Assembly (NCBI RefSeq): GCF_037042905.1
Contig: NC_087250.1
Coordinates: 22,136,001-22,200,000, forward strand
DNA from: Lytechinus pictus
Lineage: Eukaryota
Direction: 5' to 3'
DNA length: 64,000 nucleotides
The notes under the pieces are model-generated. The model was not told the DNA's origin, did no database searches, and saw nothing but the letters and a program-made list of their open reading frames with translations. The position numbers and the translations under genes are program-made. Each line of letters begins with the position of its first letter. Position 1 is the first letter of the stretch. Positions 1-14,486 of this stretch are shown here, in pieces.

Positions 1-2530
1 GTGGGTTATTAATGATAATAATGAGACATCACAAAAAAAGAAAGACAGAAATAAATATATAATTGATTATATAAAAAGACTGACCTTATGGATGCCAAAA
101 AAAAACCATTAGCACTAATTTTACAAAGAAGTTTTAACGCAGCAGTTATTTTTTTTTTGAATATTTTTCTTATTAAAATTATCACTTGTTTCAAAGAAAC
201 ATTGCCCTATTAAATATATGTTTGTTAAGATTGATGAACCGACATTTTGTAACTAGAATATAATTTAGAAACTAAATAAACGCGTCGTATTTCAGTCAAA
301 CGTAAGAGATGAAGTCTGTTTTTAAAATTCTGACATAAATTCTGGCGGACCAGAATTAAAGTTTTACATGGTCCAATATTTTACTTATACACTCTATCCC
401 TGGATTGCCACGAAGATCCATGATTTATAGATAACATCATTCTTGGTTCAAATATTACACATTACCATTCAATTCATAGCTTTGAAGTGAAAACAAATTG
501 GAGAAAATAAAGAATATTCTTACACCGCTCGAGGAAACCTAAAAATGTTGCTTCATAAATTCAGATTACCCATGGTATTTCAACATCAGCAAACAAACTC
601 TCTTTATGAATTAATGATCAATAATTCCACCCTCTCTCCACCTCTTCCTTCGCGCGATCTCTCTCTCTCTTTCACTCTTAGATAAGTTAAAAATTATTAT
701 TTTATTATTATCATCGTTAATATCATTATTATCATCATTTGTTATCATTATTATTGTTACTATTATTATTTATTTATATTATTATTCATTATTATCATTG
801 CTTGTTACTATTCATCATTATTATTATTATTATTTACTATCATCATTATTATAGTTGCTGTTGCTAATATTATTATTATTATATTCATTATTATTATTAT
901 AACTGATATATTATTGTTTTTGTTATTCAATATCAATACATTCAGTGAAAAAATGTATGTATTTCAATTTGCTTGATTTGAAACTTTATTTAGTATACTA
1001 GACATGCCTAGTAACTTGTTGGTTATTTTTCATAATGAGACAACACAAAAAATAAAGACAGAAATAAGTATATAATCGATTATATAATCACCAACAGATC
1101 TAGATGCTAAAATACCTAATCACCAATTTCACAGAGTAGTTTTAAAGCATCGTTTTCTTCTTTTAATATCGTTTTTAATAGAAATATTACTTGTTTGAAA
1201 GAATATTGCCCGATTGAATATATATTTCAGTAAAGATCAATGGACCTAATTTTTTTTAACTAGAATATAATATAGAAATTAAATAAACGTATCGCATTTC
1301 GATGTAAACAGTTCAGCGGCTTTAGGTTGTATTATAAAAGCACTTTTGGCAGACCAGAAACAAAAGTTCACATGTTCCAATGTTGTACACTTATGTCCCC
1401 TCCGATCCCCTGGAATGATACGAGAATCCATGAGTTAAAGATAACATTAATCCTTGGTTCAAACACTACAAAATACCATTCAATTCATAGCTATGATGTG
1501 AACACCAACTGGAGAAAATAAGAAACATTGGTACTCCGTTCCAGGAAACCTGAAAATTGCTTCAGATCTCACCCACATTGTTTCAAAATCGCCTAAATAA
1601 ACTCTGTTTACGAATAATGATTCATATTTCCACCCTCTCCCCCTCTCTTATACAAGTTAAAGATCATTATTATTATTATTTTATTATCATTATTATTAGT
1701 AGGAGTAGTATTATAATTGTTATGATTTTCATTATTATTATTATTATTATTATCTATTACATTATTATTTTTATTTATTCATGTCATTATTCATTATTAC
1801 TATTACTTGATACTATTTATTATTATCGTCATTTATTATTATTAAAATAATTATTTGTTATTATTAGTATTATTATTGCTATTTTTATTGCTGCTGTTGT
1901 TGTTGCTGTTGTTATTTCATAGCAATGCATTGCAGTGAAGCTATGTATTGCAATTCGCTTGAGTTGAAGCAGTATGTAGTGTATGAGACATGCCTTGTTT
2001 CTGTGATTTATTTATCATAACAATGAGACAACACACAAAATAAAGACAGAAATATGTATATAATCGATTATGTAATTTTCGACACCCTTATAATAATAAT
2101 ATTGTACTTATATAGCGCATAATATTCGTGATCTCTATGCGCTTAACAAATGAATTATTTATTACATAAGAAATCAAGCGAATGGATATTAAAATACCTA
2201 AGCACTAATTTCAGAAAGTAGTTTTAAAGTATCATCTTCTTTTCTTTAAATATCTTTTTTAAACAGAAAAATCACTTGTTTTAAAGAAATATTGCCATAT
2301 TAAATAAATTATTGTAAAGATTGATGGACCGACATTTTGTAACTAAAATATAGTTTAGAAACTAATACATATATAATATTTCGGTTTCGACCAGGTGATT
2401 ATAAATTTTGACATAAATTTTGGCGGACCAGTTTAAAGGTTTACATTGTATAATGTTGTACTCTAACATTCTATCTATCCCTGGAATGCCACGAAGATCC
2501 ATGATTTAGATATAACATCATTCTTGATTC

Positions 2531-2812
2531 CACTAGCGTACCTACGGGGGGGGGGGGGGGGCAGGGGGGCAGTCTGCCCCCCCTGATGAGTCCCAACCCA
2601 TGCAAAGTACGTATCCCTGCCCCCCTGACGAGCTTGAAAGACCTTTTTTGCTCCACCTGACGAGCTTGAAGACCTTTTTTTTTCTGGTACGAAATCCTAT
2701 ATTTGTGATTGAAGACCTTTTTTTTTTTTTTTTTTTTTTTTTTTGCTTGTCAAATTTTTTGGCGGACGGTTTTGCCCCCCCCCCCCTGTGGAAAATCCTA
2801 GGTACGCCACTG
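2531..2812. mobile_element. hAT-type MITE inserted in array unit 3
   Basis: Imperfect TIRs CACTAGCGTACCTA / TAGGTACGCCACTG; exact 8-bp TSD CTTGATTC at 2523-2530 and 2813-2820. Confidence 0.85.
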
Positions 2813-3777
2813 CTTGATTCAAATATTACACATTACCATTCAATTAATAGCTTTGATGTGAAAACAAATTGGAAAAAATGAATATTCCTACACCGCTCGG
2901 GAAACATAAAAATTTTGCTTTATAAATTCAGATTACCCATGGTATTTCAACATCACCAAACAAACTCTCTTTACGAATTAATGATCAATAATTGCACCAT
3001 CTCCCCACCTCTTCCTTCGCGCTCTCTCTCTCTCTCTCTCTCTCACTCTTAGATTAGTAAAAATTATTATTATCATCATTAAGGTCATTATTATTATTAT
3101 TTCTTATCATTATTATTGTTACTATTAGTATTTATTCATATTATTATTTATTATTACTATTACTGATTACTATTCATTAATATTAGTATTTACTATTATC
3201 ATTATTGTAGTTTTTGTTGCTGTTATTATTATTATTATTATCTTCATTATTATGATTACAACTGATATTATTATTGCTTTTGTTATTTAATATCAATACA
3301 TTCAGTGAAAAAAAATATATGTATTTCAATTTGCTTGAGTTGAAACTTGATGTAGTGTACTAGACATGCCTAGTGACTTGTGGGTTATTCATCATAATGA
3401 GACAACACACAAAATAAAAACAGAAATAAGTATATAATCGATTATGTAATTTTAGAAATTCTTATGGATAATGAAATACCTATGCACTAATTTCACAAGG
3501 TATTTTTAAAGCATCGTCTTCTTTGTATATATATTTTTTTTTTTCATAGAAATGTTACTTGTTACATAGAAATATCACCCAAATTAATATATTTTAGTAA
3601 AAACCATTAGACCAACAAATTTTAACTAGAATATAATTTGGAAAATAAAAAGTAAACTTGCATTTCGATGAAGATTGATAATTCTTGTGTTAAAAAATTG
3701 AAATAAAATTTTGGCGGACCAGAAACAAATGTTTATTTACATGGTCCAACGTTGTACTTTGACATTTAAATCTACTA

Positions 3778-6659
3778 CGGAGCCCCTAAGTTGACATGTC
3801 ATTATATTACTTTCGTAAGTCGTTCCCTCGACTTATTAACTCGTTACCACGACTTATAACTCGTTCCCTCGACTTACTAACTCGTTCCCTCGACTTACTA
3901 ACTCGTTCCCACGACTTACTAACTCGTTCCCTCGACTTGAATGCGCAGCAGACCGGCAGGAAGTTGGTTGGATATTCAGGTTCGATATTCAAACGCCTGT
4001 GAAGCTGGACCAATATTCGATATTCGATATTCAAAAATTAGGGGTTTTGAAAGCTAACTAGGGGGTTTAACAGGTGCAGCAAGTCTCGGGCAACCATAAA
4101 AACACTGGCTTGCCCAAATACGAGGACATTTAGGGGACAAACGTCAGTGAATAAAAGGGCATGACATTTTTTTTTTCGAGGGGCCCCCAGGGATTTCCCG
4201 ACGGCCTAGCCGGGGTAATGACGTATCCTAACTTGTAGAACTTTACTTGGGCAATCAGATAAACACTAGCATGACCCGGCGCATGCACATTTAGGGGGCA
4301 ACTCGGTAAAGCATCTCATGAGCAGATCTTATTCATCTATTATACTCAGTCCTAATTCCTCCACCACTAAAATAGTTCCGAAAGAGTGATACATGTATTT
4401 TTCTTTTATTCGCACAAAATATGTTCAGTGGTTGCCCATTCTTTGTTTCTAGAATCAGTCTAATCATTATACATACTCTTTTTTGTAATCAGCTTACAAC
4501 AAAAAATGAGAATGGGTTGGGTCGAATGAATATTTTCAGCCGTCTGTTGTATAGATCGTAATTTCTTGGAAAAAAAAGATGGGGGCGTATAACGATAGAA
4601 AACGTATTGTCAAAACATAAAATATGAGTATAAAGCTCCTATAATCTTCGAATGATTCTCAGGAGACTTTTTTTTTTGCATGTGTAGCCTTCAATTCAAT
4701 TAATCAACAACGAGTTATACCCCTACAAAATAAACGTTTCATAAACTAAAATGTCTCTTTTAGACGATATCGCGTGACTAATTTCAAAGCTATTGATTGA
4801 TTGATTGATTGATCGGCTAAATTTCCAAAGCGACTATAACATAATAAGAATTTAATTTCAAAATCATTTTTAAAGGCCAAAATTTTCTGGCTCGCTTCGC
4901 TCGCTGGCGACTTTTACAAATTTTTCCACATTTGCTATGTTGTGCTGCCTCAACATATTTCGTTTATTATCCGCAACTGCGTTGAACTTAATATAATATG
5001 CGGTGTATTTACCCGCAATTTGAAAAAAAAATGGCCATCTGCAATGTTTAAAAATATCACGAGGTTCCGGGGGCTCCGCCCCAGACCAGTGGTGGCACCA
5101 AAGGAGGAGGCCCCAGTGAGTTTCCCCCCTAAAAATTTTGGGGAAAAAATGTAAAGTGATTTCTCGAAAACTGTTTTTTGTTCTTTAAATTTTGAAAATG
5201 TTCTCATCCATTCACCGTAAACATTTAGCTCCCAACAATTTTGGTCACTAACATAAATCTTTGAGGTCATTATATAATATTCAAAATGTCGCTCGTGCTA
5301 CGCGCTCGCAGTTACTAATAATGGAGATAAGTAAATTATTTGTTCACATTGGGCTTAAAATCCAATGTTATTAGAGTTTTCATTATTCGTTTTAGCGAGA
5401 TACATATCCTACATATTCATAATTTTCATAAATGAAATATTTTCAGCGAATTAGATAGCCATTCAGTTCATGATTACAAAAAGTGCTTAGAACGTCCAGG
5501 TATCATCCCCGGATTTCAAAACTTTTCGCAATATAAATACCCTATATTATTATTATTATAGCACTGATCCCCCCAAAAAAGTTATACAACCGAGAACAAA
5601 AAAGAAATGATAAAAGGAAAGAAAGATGAAAGATATGATGTCATTTTTTGCATACCATTTTTTTTTCTCGCTCGCTCGAGACTTATTATTAAGCAAATTT
5701 TTGCTGCATGTGCCATGGTGTGCCCCCTCTTTTTGTTCTTATCACGCATTGAGCTTCGCCCTAATGCTCGGGGCACAATCATAAAACATCCTGTTCATAC
5801 AATGATATGACCCCTCCGTTCTCCCTTCTCTTTCTCTCCCGTCCCCCTCCTTTTCTTTCCTATCTCTCCCTTTCGCTTCTCTCTCTTCTATTTTGTATTC
5901 TCTCTTTCCTTGTTTTTTTTTACTCTACCCACTGGCGGCACCAAGAGATAGGGGAAAAGTCAGGATTTTCCTTTAATTTTGTTAATTTGAGCCCCCTAAA
6001 TGTTCATGCGCCGGGTCAAGCTAGTGTTTATCTCGTTGCCCGAGTCGAGTTCTACAAGTTAGGATACGTGGTTACCCCGGCTAGGCCGTCGGGATATCCC
6101 TGGGGGCCCCTCGGAAAAAAAAAAAAAAAAAAATGTCATGCCCTTTTATTCACTGACGTTTGTCCCCTAAATGTCCTCGTACTTGGGCAAGCCAGTGTTT
6201 TTATGGTTGTCCGAGACTTGCTGCACCTGTTTAACCCCCTAGTTAGCTTTCAAAACCCCTAATTTCTGAATATCGAATATCGAATATTGGTCCAGCTTCA
6301 CAGGCGTTTGAATATCAAACCTAAATATCCAACCAACTTCCTGCCGGTCTGCTGCGCATTCAAGTTGAGGAAACGAGTTAGTAAGTCGTGGGAACGAGTA
6401 ACAAACTTACAAGTCGAGGGAACGAGTTAGTAAGTCGTGGGAACGAGTTAGTAGGTCGTGGGAACGAGTTACAAACTTACAAGTCGAGGGAACGAGTTAG
6501 TAAATCGTGGGAACGAGTTATAAGTCGAGGGAACGAGTTATCAGTCGAGGGAACGAGTTATAAGTCGTGGTAACGAGTTAGTAAGTCGTGGTTACGAGTT
6601 AGTAAGTCGAGGGAACGACTTACGAAAAAAAATAATGACATGTCACCTTAGGGGCTCCG
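3778..6659. mobile_element. Non-autonomous long-TIR DNA transposon, copy 1
   Basis: Ends TA|CGGAGCCCCTAAG ... CTTAGGGGCTCCG|TA; ~500-650 bp inverted arms with tandem ~19-nt subrepeats AACTCGTTCCCTCGACTTA; no transposase ORF. Confidence 0.85.
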
Positions 6660-6809
6660 TAAGGCTCCGTACTTTGATGTGAAAACAAATGGAAGAAAAT
6701 GAGGAACATTGGTACTCCGTTTCAGGAAACCTAACAATTGCTTCAGATCACCCACATTGTTTCAACATCGCTTAAACAAACTCTGTTACGAATAATGATC
6801 CATATTTGC

Positions 6810-6850
<41 letters not shown>

Positions 6851-9800
6851 TCTCCCCCCTCTCTTAAAAGTAAAAAATCAATATTGTTATCATATTACTA
6901 TTATTATAAACATTATCATTAATATTATTATTATCATCATTATTATTAATACATACTTATTATCATTATTATCATCATTAATATCATTTTTATTATTATT
7001 TCTTATCATTATTATTGTTACTATTATTATATCTTTATATTATTATTCATTATTACTATTGCTTATTACTATTTATTATCATTATTTACTATTATCATCA
7101 TTATAGTTGTTGTGGCTGTTATTATTATCTTCATCATTATTATTACAACTGATATTATTGTTTTTTTTATAGCAATATTGCCCGAAATTGTATTTCAGTA
7201 AAGATCAATACTCCAAAATTATTTAAGTAGAATATAATTCAGAAACTAAATAAACCTATTGTATTTCGGTGTGTGTTGCTGTTGCTATTTTGGGTTTTAT
7301 TTTGAAAAAAAAAAAATTTGCGGGCCAGAAACAAAGTTTTACATGGTCCAATGTTGGACTCTTATATCCCCTTTCCTGGATTGTCAGTAGGATCCATGTA
7401 CTAAAGATAATAAAAATGAGACAGTACACAAAATAAAGACAGAAATAAGTATATAATCGATTATATACTCATCGACAAACCTTATGGATGCTAAAATACC
7501 TAAGCATTAATTTTACAAAGTAGTTTTAACGCATCATCTTTTTTTCTTTAAACATTTTTTTTAACGAAAATTTTATTTGCTTCAAAGAAATATAGCCATA
7601 TTAAATAGATTATTGTAAAAATTGATGGACCGACATTTTGTAACTAGGATATAACTTAGAAACTAAATAAGCGTATTGTATTTGGGTTTCAGCAAGTAAA
7701 TGACTTTTAAAGTCTGTAAACATAAAGTTTGGCGGACCAGAATTAAAGTTTTACATGATCCAATATTGTATTCTTATATCCTATCCCCTGGATTGCTACG
7801 AAGATCCATGATTTACCGATGACATCATCCTTGGTTCAACTGTTACACATTACCATTCAATTCATAGCTTTGATGTGAAAATAAATTGGAGAAAATAAAG
7901 AATATTCCTACACCGTTCGGGGAACCCTAAAAATGTTGCTTCATAAATTCAGATTACCCATGGTATTTCAACATCAGCAAACAAACTCTCTTTACGAATT
8001 AATGATCAATAATTGCACCCTCTCTCTCCCCCTCTTCCTTCGCGTGCTCTCTCTCTCTCTCTCACTCACACTTAGATTAGTTAAAAATTATTATTATCAT
8101 CAATATCATTATTATTATAATTTCTTATCATTATTATTGTTACTATTATTATCTATTCATATCATTTTTCATTATTACTATTACTGATTACTATTCATTA
8201 TTATTATTAATATTTACTATTATCATTATTGTAGTTGTTGCTGTTATTATTATTATTTTCATTACTATTATTACAACTGATATTAGTATTGTTTTGTTAC
8301 TTTATAGCAATACATTAAGTGAAAAAATATATGTATTTCAATTTGCTGGAGTAAAACTTTACGTAGTGTACTAGACATGCCTAGTGACCTGGGTTTTTTT
8401 ATCGTAATGAGACAGGTAAAAAAAATAAAGACAGAAATAAGTATATAATTTTAATTGATTGATTGGCCGATATGGCCTTTTATATGATAAAACAATATTT
8501 ACAAATATTATACAGAGGCAAAGGGATAAAAAAGCAAAATACAATTTTAGAGATAACAATTACAACAAATGAAAGCACAACATACATGTACCGGATGCAG
8601 GGGACCAGCGAAGGCCGAAGGCCTATCAAGGCTAGTCCCCGAACATAGCAATAAATAAAGTATAAACCAATACAAAAAAAGGGCAAAAAACAATCGATTA
8701 TATAAAAACCAACAGAACATATGGCAGCTGAATACCTAAACACCAATTTCACAAAGTGATTTCAAACAATCGTCTTCTTTGATTTTAATATCTTTTTTGA
8801 AACTTCTTTTTCAATAAAAATTTTACTTGTTCTAAAGAAATATCACCCGAATAAATACATTTCAGCAAAGATCAATTGACCCAAAAAAATTTAACTAGAA
8901 TATAATTTATAAACAAAATAAATATAATGTATTTCGGTACCAACAGAATTGAATTAGAAAACATTTATTAAACAATTTTGGCGGACCAGAAGTAATGTTT
9001 TACAAGGTCCAATATCTTACTCTTACATCTTATCCCCTGGATTACCTCGAAGATCTATGATGATGTAAAGATAACATCATTCTTGATTCAAATATTACAC
9101 ATTTAGCATTCAATTCATAGCTTTGATGTTAAAAGAAACTGGAGAAAATAGAGAATATTCCTACACCGTTCGGGGAAACCTAAATATTGCTTCATAAATT
9201 CAGGTTGTTCATGGTATTTCAACATCACCAAACAAACTCTCTTTACGAATTAATGATCAATAATTGCACCCTCTCTCCACCTCTTCCTTCGCGCGCGCTC
9301 TCTCTCCCCCCCCCCCCTCTCTCTCTCTGTCTCTCACTCTTAGGTTAGTTTAAAATTATTATCATCATTAATATCGTTATTATTATTCCTTATCATCATT
9401 ATTGTTTCTATTATTTATTTATTTATATTATTATTCATTATTTCTATTACTATTCATTATTATTAGTATTTATTATCATCATTGTAGTTTTTGTTGCTGT
9501 AAATATTATCATTATCTTCATAATCATTATTACAACTGATATTAGTATTGTTTTTGTTATTTCATAGCAATAAATTCAGTGAAAAAATATATATGCAGTT
9601 CAATTTGCTTGAGTTGAAACTTGATGTAGTGTACTAGACATGCCTAGTGACTTGTAGGTTATTTAACATGATGAGACAAGACACAAACTAAAGACAGAAA
9701 TAAGTATATAATCGATTAAGTATACACTAACAAACATTATGGATGCTAAAATACCTAAGCGCAAACTTCACAAAGTAATTTTAAAGCATCGTCTTCCTTT

Positions 9801-10462
9801 ACTTTAATATCTTTGAAATAAAATTAAATAAAATGTTATATGTTTCAAAGAAATATCGACCGAATAAACATATATTTTAGTAAAAATCAATACACCAAAA
9901 TATCTTAACTAGAATAGATTTTAAAAAGTAAATTAACTAATTGTATTTCGGTTTCTCATCGCTACTTTTGAATTTACTTTTTTTGTTGAAACAATTTTGG
10001 CGGACCAGAAATAATGTTTCATAAGGTCCAATTTTATATTCTTGAATTCTATCCCCTGGCTGGATTACCATGAAGATCCACTATTTAGAGATAACATCAA
10101 TTTTGTTCAAATACTACATATTAACAACCATAGCTTTGATGTGAAAACAAATTGTAGATAATAAAGAATATCCCTACACCGCTCGGGAAAACCTAAAAAT
10201 GTTGCTTCAGAAATTCAGATTACCAATGGTATTCCAACATCACCAAACCCTCTTTACGAATTAATGACCAATAATTGCAACGGGGAGCTCCCCCTCTTCC
10301 TTCGCATGCGCGCTCTCTCTCTCTCTCACTCTTAGATTAGTTCAAAACTGTTATTATCATTATTAATATCATTATTATTATTATTATTTATTTTCATTAT
10401 TATTGTTACTATTATTTATTTATCTATATTATTATTCATTATCACTATTACTTAATACTATA

Positions 10463-10629
10463 GGCGTTGTGGCGTGCGCCTGTAATCCAAGCTTTGTGCG
10501 GAAGTAACAAAGTGATGCAGAGCTTCGAGCCCTGGTCACGTCTTTCGGATGGTGACGTTAAAGGTCCGTCCCAGACGTAAATAATCATATCTAATTGACA
10601 CACGTCTGACAAAACTTAAATACACACAC
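10463..10629 (+). mobile_element. SINE with 7SL-like head, copy 1
   Basis: GGCGTTGTGGCGTGCGCCTGTAATCCAAGCT head, degenerate B box, (CA)n tail; near-identical to three other copies. Confidence 0.85.
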
Positions 10630-12073
10630 TATTCATTATTATTTACTATTATCATTATTACAGATCTTGCTGTTATTATTATCTTCATTACCATTATTAC
10701 AACTGATATTAGCATGGTTATTGCTATTTTGTAGCAATACATTCAGTGAGAAAATATATGTAATTCAATTTGCTTAAGTTGAAACGTCATGTAGTGTACT
10801 AGACATGCCTAGTGACTTGTAAGTTATTTACTATAATGAGACAACACAAAAAATAAAAACAGAAATAAGTATATAATCGATTATGTATACAATAACAAAC
10901 ATTATGGATGCTAAAACACCTAAGCACAAATTCCACAAAGTAATTTTAAAGCATCGTCTTCCTTTACCTTAATATCTTTTTAAAAAATTAATAAAAATGT
11001 CGTATGTTTTAAAGAAATATCGACCGAATAAACATTTATTTTAGAAAAATCAATTCACCAAAATATTTAACTAGAATAAATTTTAGAAATTAAATAAACT
11101 GATTGAATGTCGCGTTATCACTATGATACATTTTTACCTTTTTTAAAAACAATTTTAGCGGACCAGAAATAATGTTTCACATGGTCCAACATTATATTCT
11201 TACATCCTACCCCTGGATAGCCATGAAGATCCACTATGAAGAGATAACATCATTCTTGCTTCAAATACTACATATAACCATGCCTAGTGAATCATGAGAT
11301 ATTTATCATAAGGAGACCAAAAAAATAATAAAGACAGAAATTATATAATCGATCATATAAAACCTAACAGACCAAGAGGACACTAAAATACCTAAGCACC
11401 AATTTTACAAAGTAATTTTAAAGCATCGTCTTCCATTTTAAAATATTTTTTAAATATTTTTTAATAGCAATTATACTTGTTATGTTTTCAGAAATGTCAC
11501 CCAAATAAATATATTTTAGTAAAAATCTTTAGACCAAATTTTTTTAACTAGAATATATCTTAGAAAGTAAAATTATTATTGTATTTTTGTATTTAACGTT
11601 GTTATCAATTTATAATATATATCTTATTACAATTTTGGCGGATCAGAAACAATGTTTCACTTGGTCCATTACTTCACTCCTACAGCTTATCCCCTTGATT
11701 GCCACGAAGATCCAAGTTCTAGAGATAACATCATTCTTGGTTCAAATATTACACATTGCCATTTAACTCATTGCTCTGATGTAAAAGCAAATTGGAGAAA
11801 ATAAAGAGTATTCCGTCACCTTTCGGGGAAACTCAAAAATTGCTTCAGAAGTTCAGATAATCCATGGTATTTCAACAACACCAAACAAACTCTCTTTACG
11901 AATTAATGATCAATAATTCTCTTCCTTCGCGCTGTCTCTCTCACGCTTAGATTAGTTGAAATTATTACCAATATTATCATCATTAATATCATTATTATTT
12001 CTTATCATTATTATTGTTAGTATTATCATTTATTTATGATATTTATTATAACAATTACTTATTATTACAACTA

Positions 12074-12248
12074 GGCGTTGTGGCGTGCGCCTGTAATCCA
12101 AGCTATGTGGGGAAGTTACGAAGTGATGCAGAGGTTCGAGCCCTGGTCACGTCTTCCGTATGGTGACATTAAAGGTCGGTCCCAGACGTAAATAATCATA
12201 TCTGATTGATACACGTCTGACAAAACACATAATACACACACACACACA
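12074..12248 (+). mobile_element. SINE with 7SL-like head, copy 2
   Basis: Same sequence with B box GGTTCGAGCCC; same position in the unit as copy 1, so probably co-duplicated with the unit. Confidence 0.85.
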
Positions 12249-12924
12249 AACTATTCATTTTATTGTTTACTATTATCATTACTATAGATGTTACTGTTAT
12301 AATTATTATCTTCATTACTATTATTATAACTTGTATTAGTATTGTATTTATTATTTTCTAGCAATACATTCAGTGAGAAAATATATGTATTCCAATTTGC
12401 TTGAGTTGAAACTTCGTGTAGTGTACTAGACATGCCTAGTGACTTGTGGGTTATTTATCATAATGAGGACAACAACAAAATAAAGACAGAAATAAATATA
12501 TAATCGATTATATAAACAGCAACGGACGCTATGGATGCTAAATACCTAGGCACCAATTTCACAAAGTAATTTTAGAGCATCGTCTTCTTCTATTTTAATA
12601 TTTGTTTTAAATATTTTTTTTTCGATTGGAAAGGTTACTTGTTTCAAAGAAGAACTGCCCGAATAAATATATCTTAGTAAAGATCAATAGACAAAAAATT
12701 ATAACTAGAATATAATTTAAAAGCTTAAAAGTATAGTATTTTGGTACACTTATTGCTTAATTTATGCTCTAACTTATTTATAAACACAATTTTGGCGGAC
12801 CAGAGATGTTATACATGGTCCAATATTTATATTCTTACATCTCATCCCCTAGCTTTTAACTAGAATATAAATTTGAAATAAAATAAACCTATCGTATTTC
12901 GGTACATAGGCGCCTACATTAGTT

Positions 12925-13095
12925 GCTGGGCGTTGTGGCGTGCGCCTGTAATCCAAGCTATGTGGGGAAGTTACAAATTGATGCAGAGGTTCGAGCCCTG
13001 GTCACGTCTTTCGGATGGTGACGTTAAAGGTCGGTCCCAGACGTAAATAATCATTTCTGATTGATACACGTCTGACAAAAAACTCAAATACACAC
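12925..13095 (+). mobile_element. SINE with 7SL-like head, copy 3 (full 5' end), inside the variable window of unit 12
   Basis: GCTGGGCGTTGTGGCGTGCGCCTGTAATCC...GGTTCGAGCCC...TACACAC lies between GTATTTC and AGTTTTGGCGGACCAG. Confidence 0.85.
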
Positions 13096-14486
13096 GCTTT
13101 TACTTTCAAAACAGTTTTGGCGGACCAGAATTACTGTTTTACATGGTCCATTGTTTTACTCTTAATTCTATCCCCTGGATTGCCATGAACAACCATGATT
13201 TAGAAACATCATCCTTACTTCATATATTACATATTACCGTTCAATTCATTGCTTTGATGTGAAAACAAATTGTAGAAAATAAAGAATATTCCTACACCTA
13301 TCGGGGAAACCAAAATTTTGCTTCATAAATTCAGGTTGTTCATGGTATTTCAACATCACCAAACAAACTCTCTTTACGAATTAATGATCAATAATTGCAC
13401 ACTCTCTCCACCTCTTCATTCGCGCGCGCTCTCTCTCTCTCTCTCTCTCCCCCCTCTCTCTCTGTCTCTCACTCTTAGGTTAGTTTAAAATTATTATTAT
13501 CATCATTAATATCGTTATTATTATTTCTTATCATCATTATTGTTTCTATTATTTATTTATTTATATTATTTATTTATTTATACTATTTATTTATTTATAT
13601 TATTATTCATTATTACTATTACTATTCATTATTATTAGTATTTATTATTATCATTGTTGTAGTTTTTGTTGCTGTAAATATTATTATCTTCTTAATCATT
13701 ATTACAACTGATGTCATTATTGTTGTTGTTATTTCATAGCAATATATTCAGTGAAAAAATATATATGTATTTCAATTTGCTTGAGTTGAAACGTTATATA
13801 GTGTACTAGACATGCCTAGTGACTTGTAGGTTATTTACCATAATGAGACAACACAAAATAAAGACAGAAATAAGTATATAATCGATTATGTATACACTAA
13901 CAAACATTATGGATGCTAAAATACCTAAGCACAAATATCACAAAGTAACTTTAAAGCATTGTTTTCCTTTACCTTAATATCTTTAAAAAGATTGAATGAA
14001 AATGTCGTATGTTTCAAAGAAATATTGACCGAATGAACAGTTATTTAAGTAAAGAACAATACACCAAAATCTTTTAACTAGAATAGATTTTAGAAACTAA
14101 ATAAACTCATTGTATTTCGTTTTTATATCGCTATGATACTTTTTCACTTTTTTAAAAACAATTTTGGCGGGCCAGAAATAATATTTCACATGGTCCAATA
14201 TTATATTCTTACATTCTATCCCCTGGATAGCCATGCAAATCCACTATTTAGAGATAACATCAATTTTGCTACAAATACCACATATTAGCATTTAGTTCAT
14301 ACAGTTGTGCTCAGAAGTATTCATACCCCTTGGAAAATCAGTTTTTTGCATTAAAAAAAAAATAAGAGTAGAAATGGAGTCAGTTACAAATCAGTCAAAT
14401 ACATTTAGGTATCATGTACAAAAGCATGCCATTTTTATTTTCACCTCATTTGCATATCGAAAAGCTCCATCTTCATTTCATCAGAC

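Noticed and set aside
186..193. TTGTTTCA as a nematode Ruby motif (CTGTTTCA)
   Set aside because: It lies ~100 nt upstream of the window rather than ~40, at variable distance, and is often mutated.
10463..13095. Human Alu contamination or a true 7SL gene
   Set aside because: Similarity ends after ~45 nt, the body and tail are unrelated, and the copies are embedded in native units.
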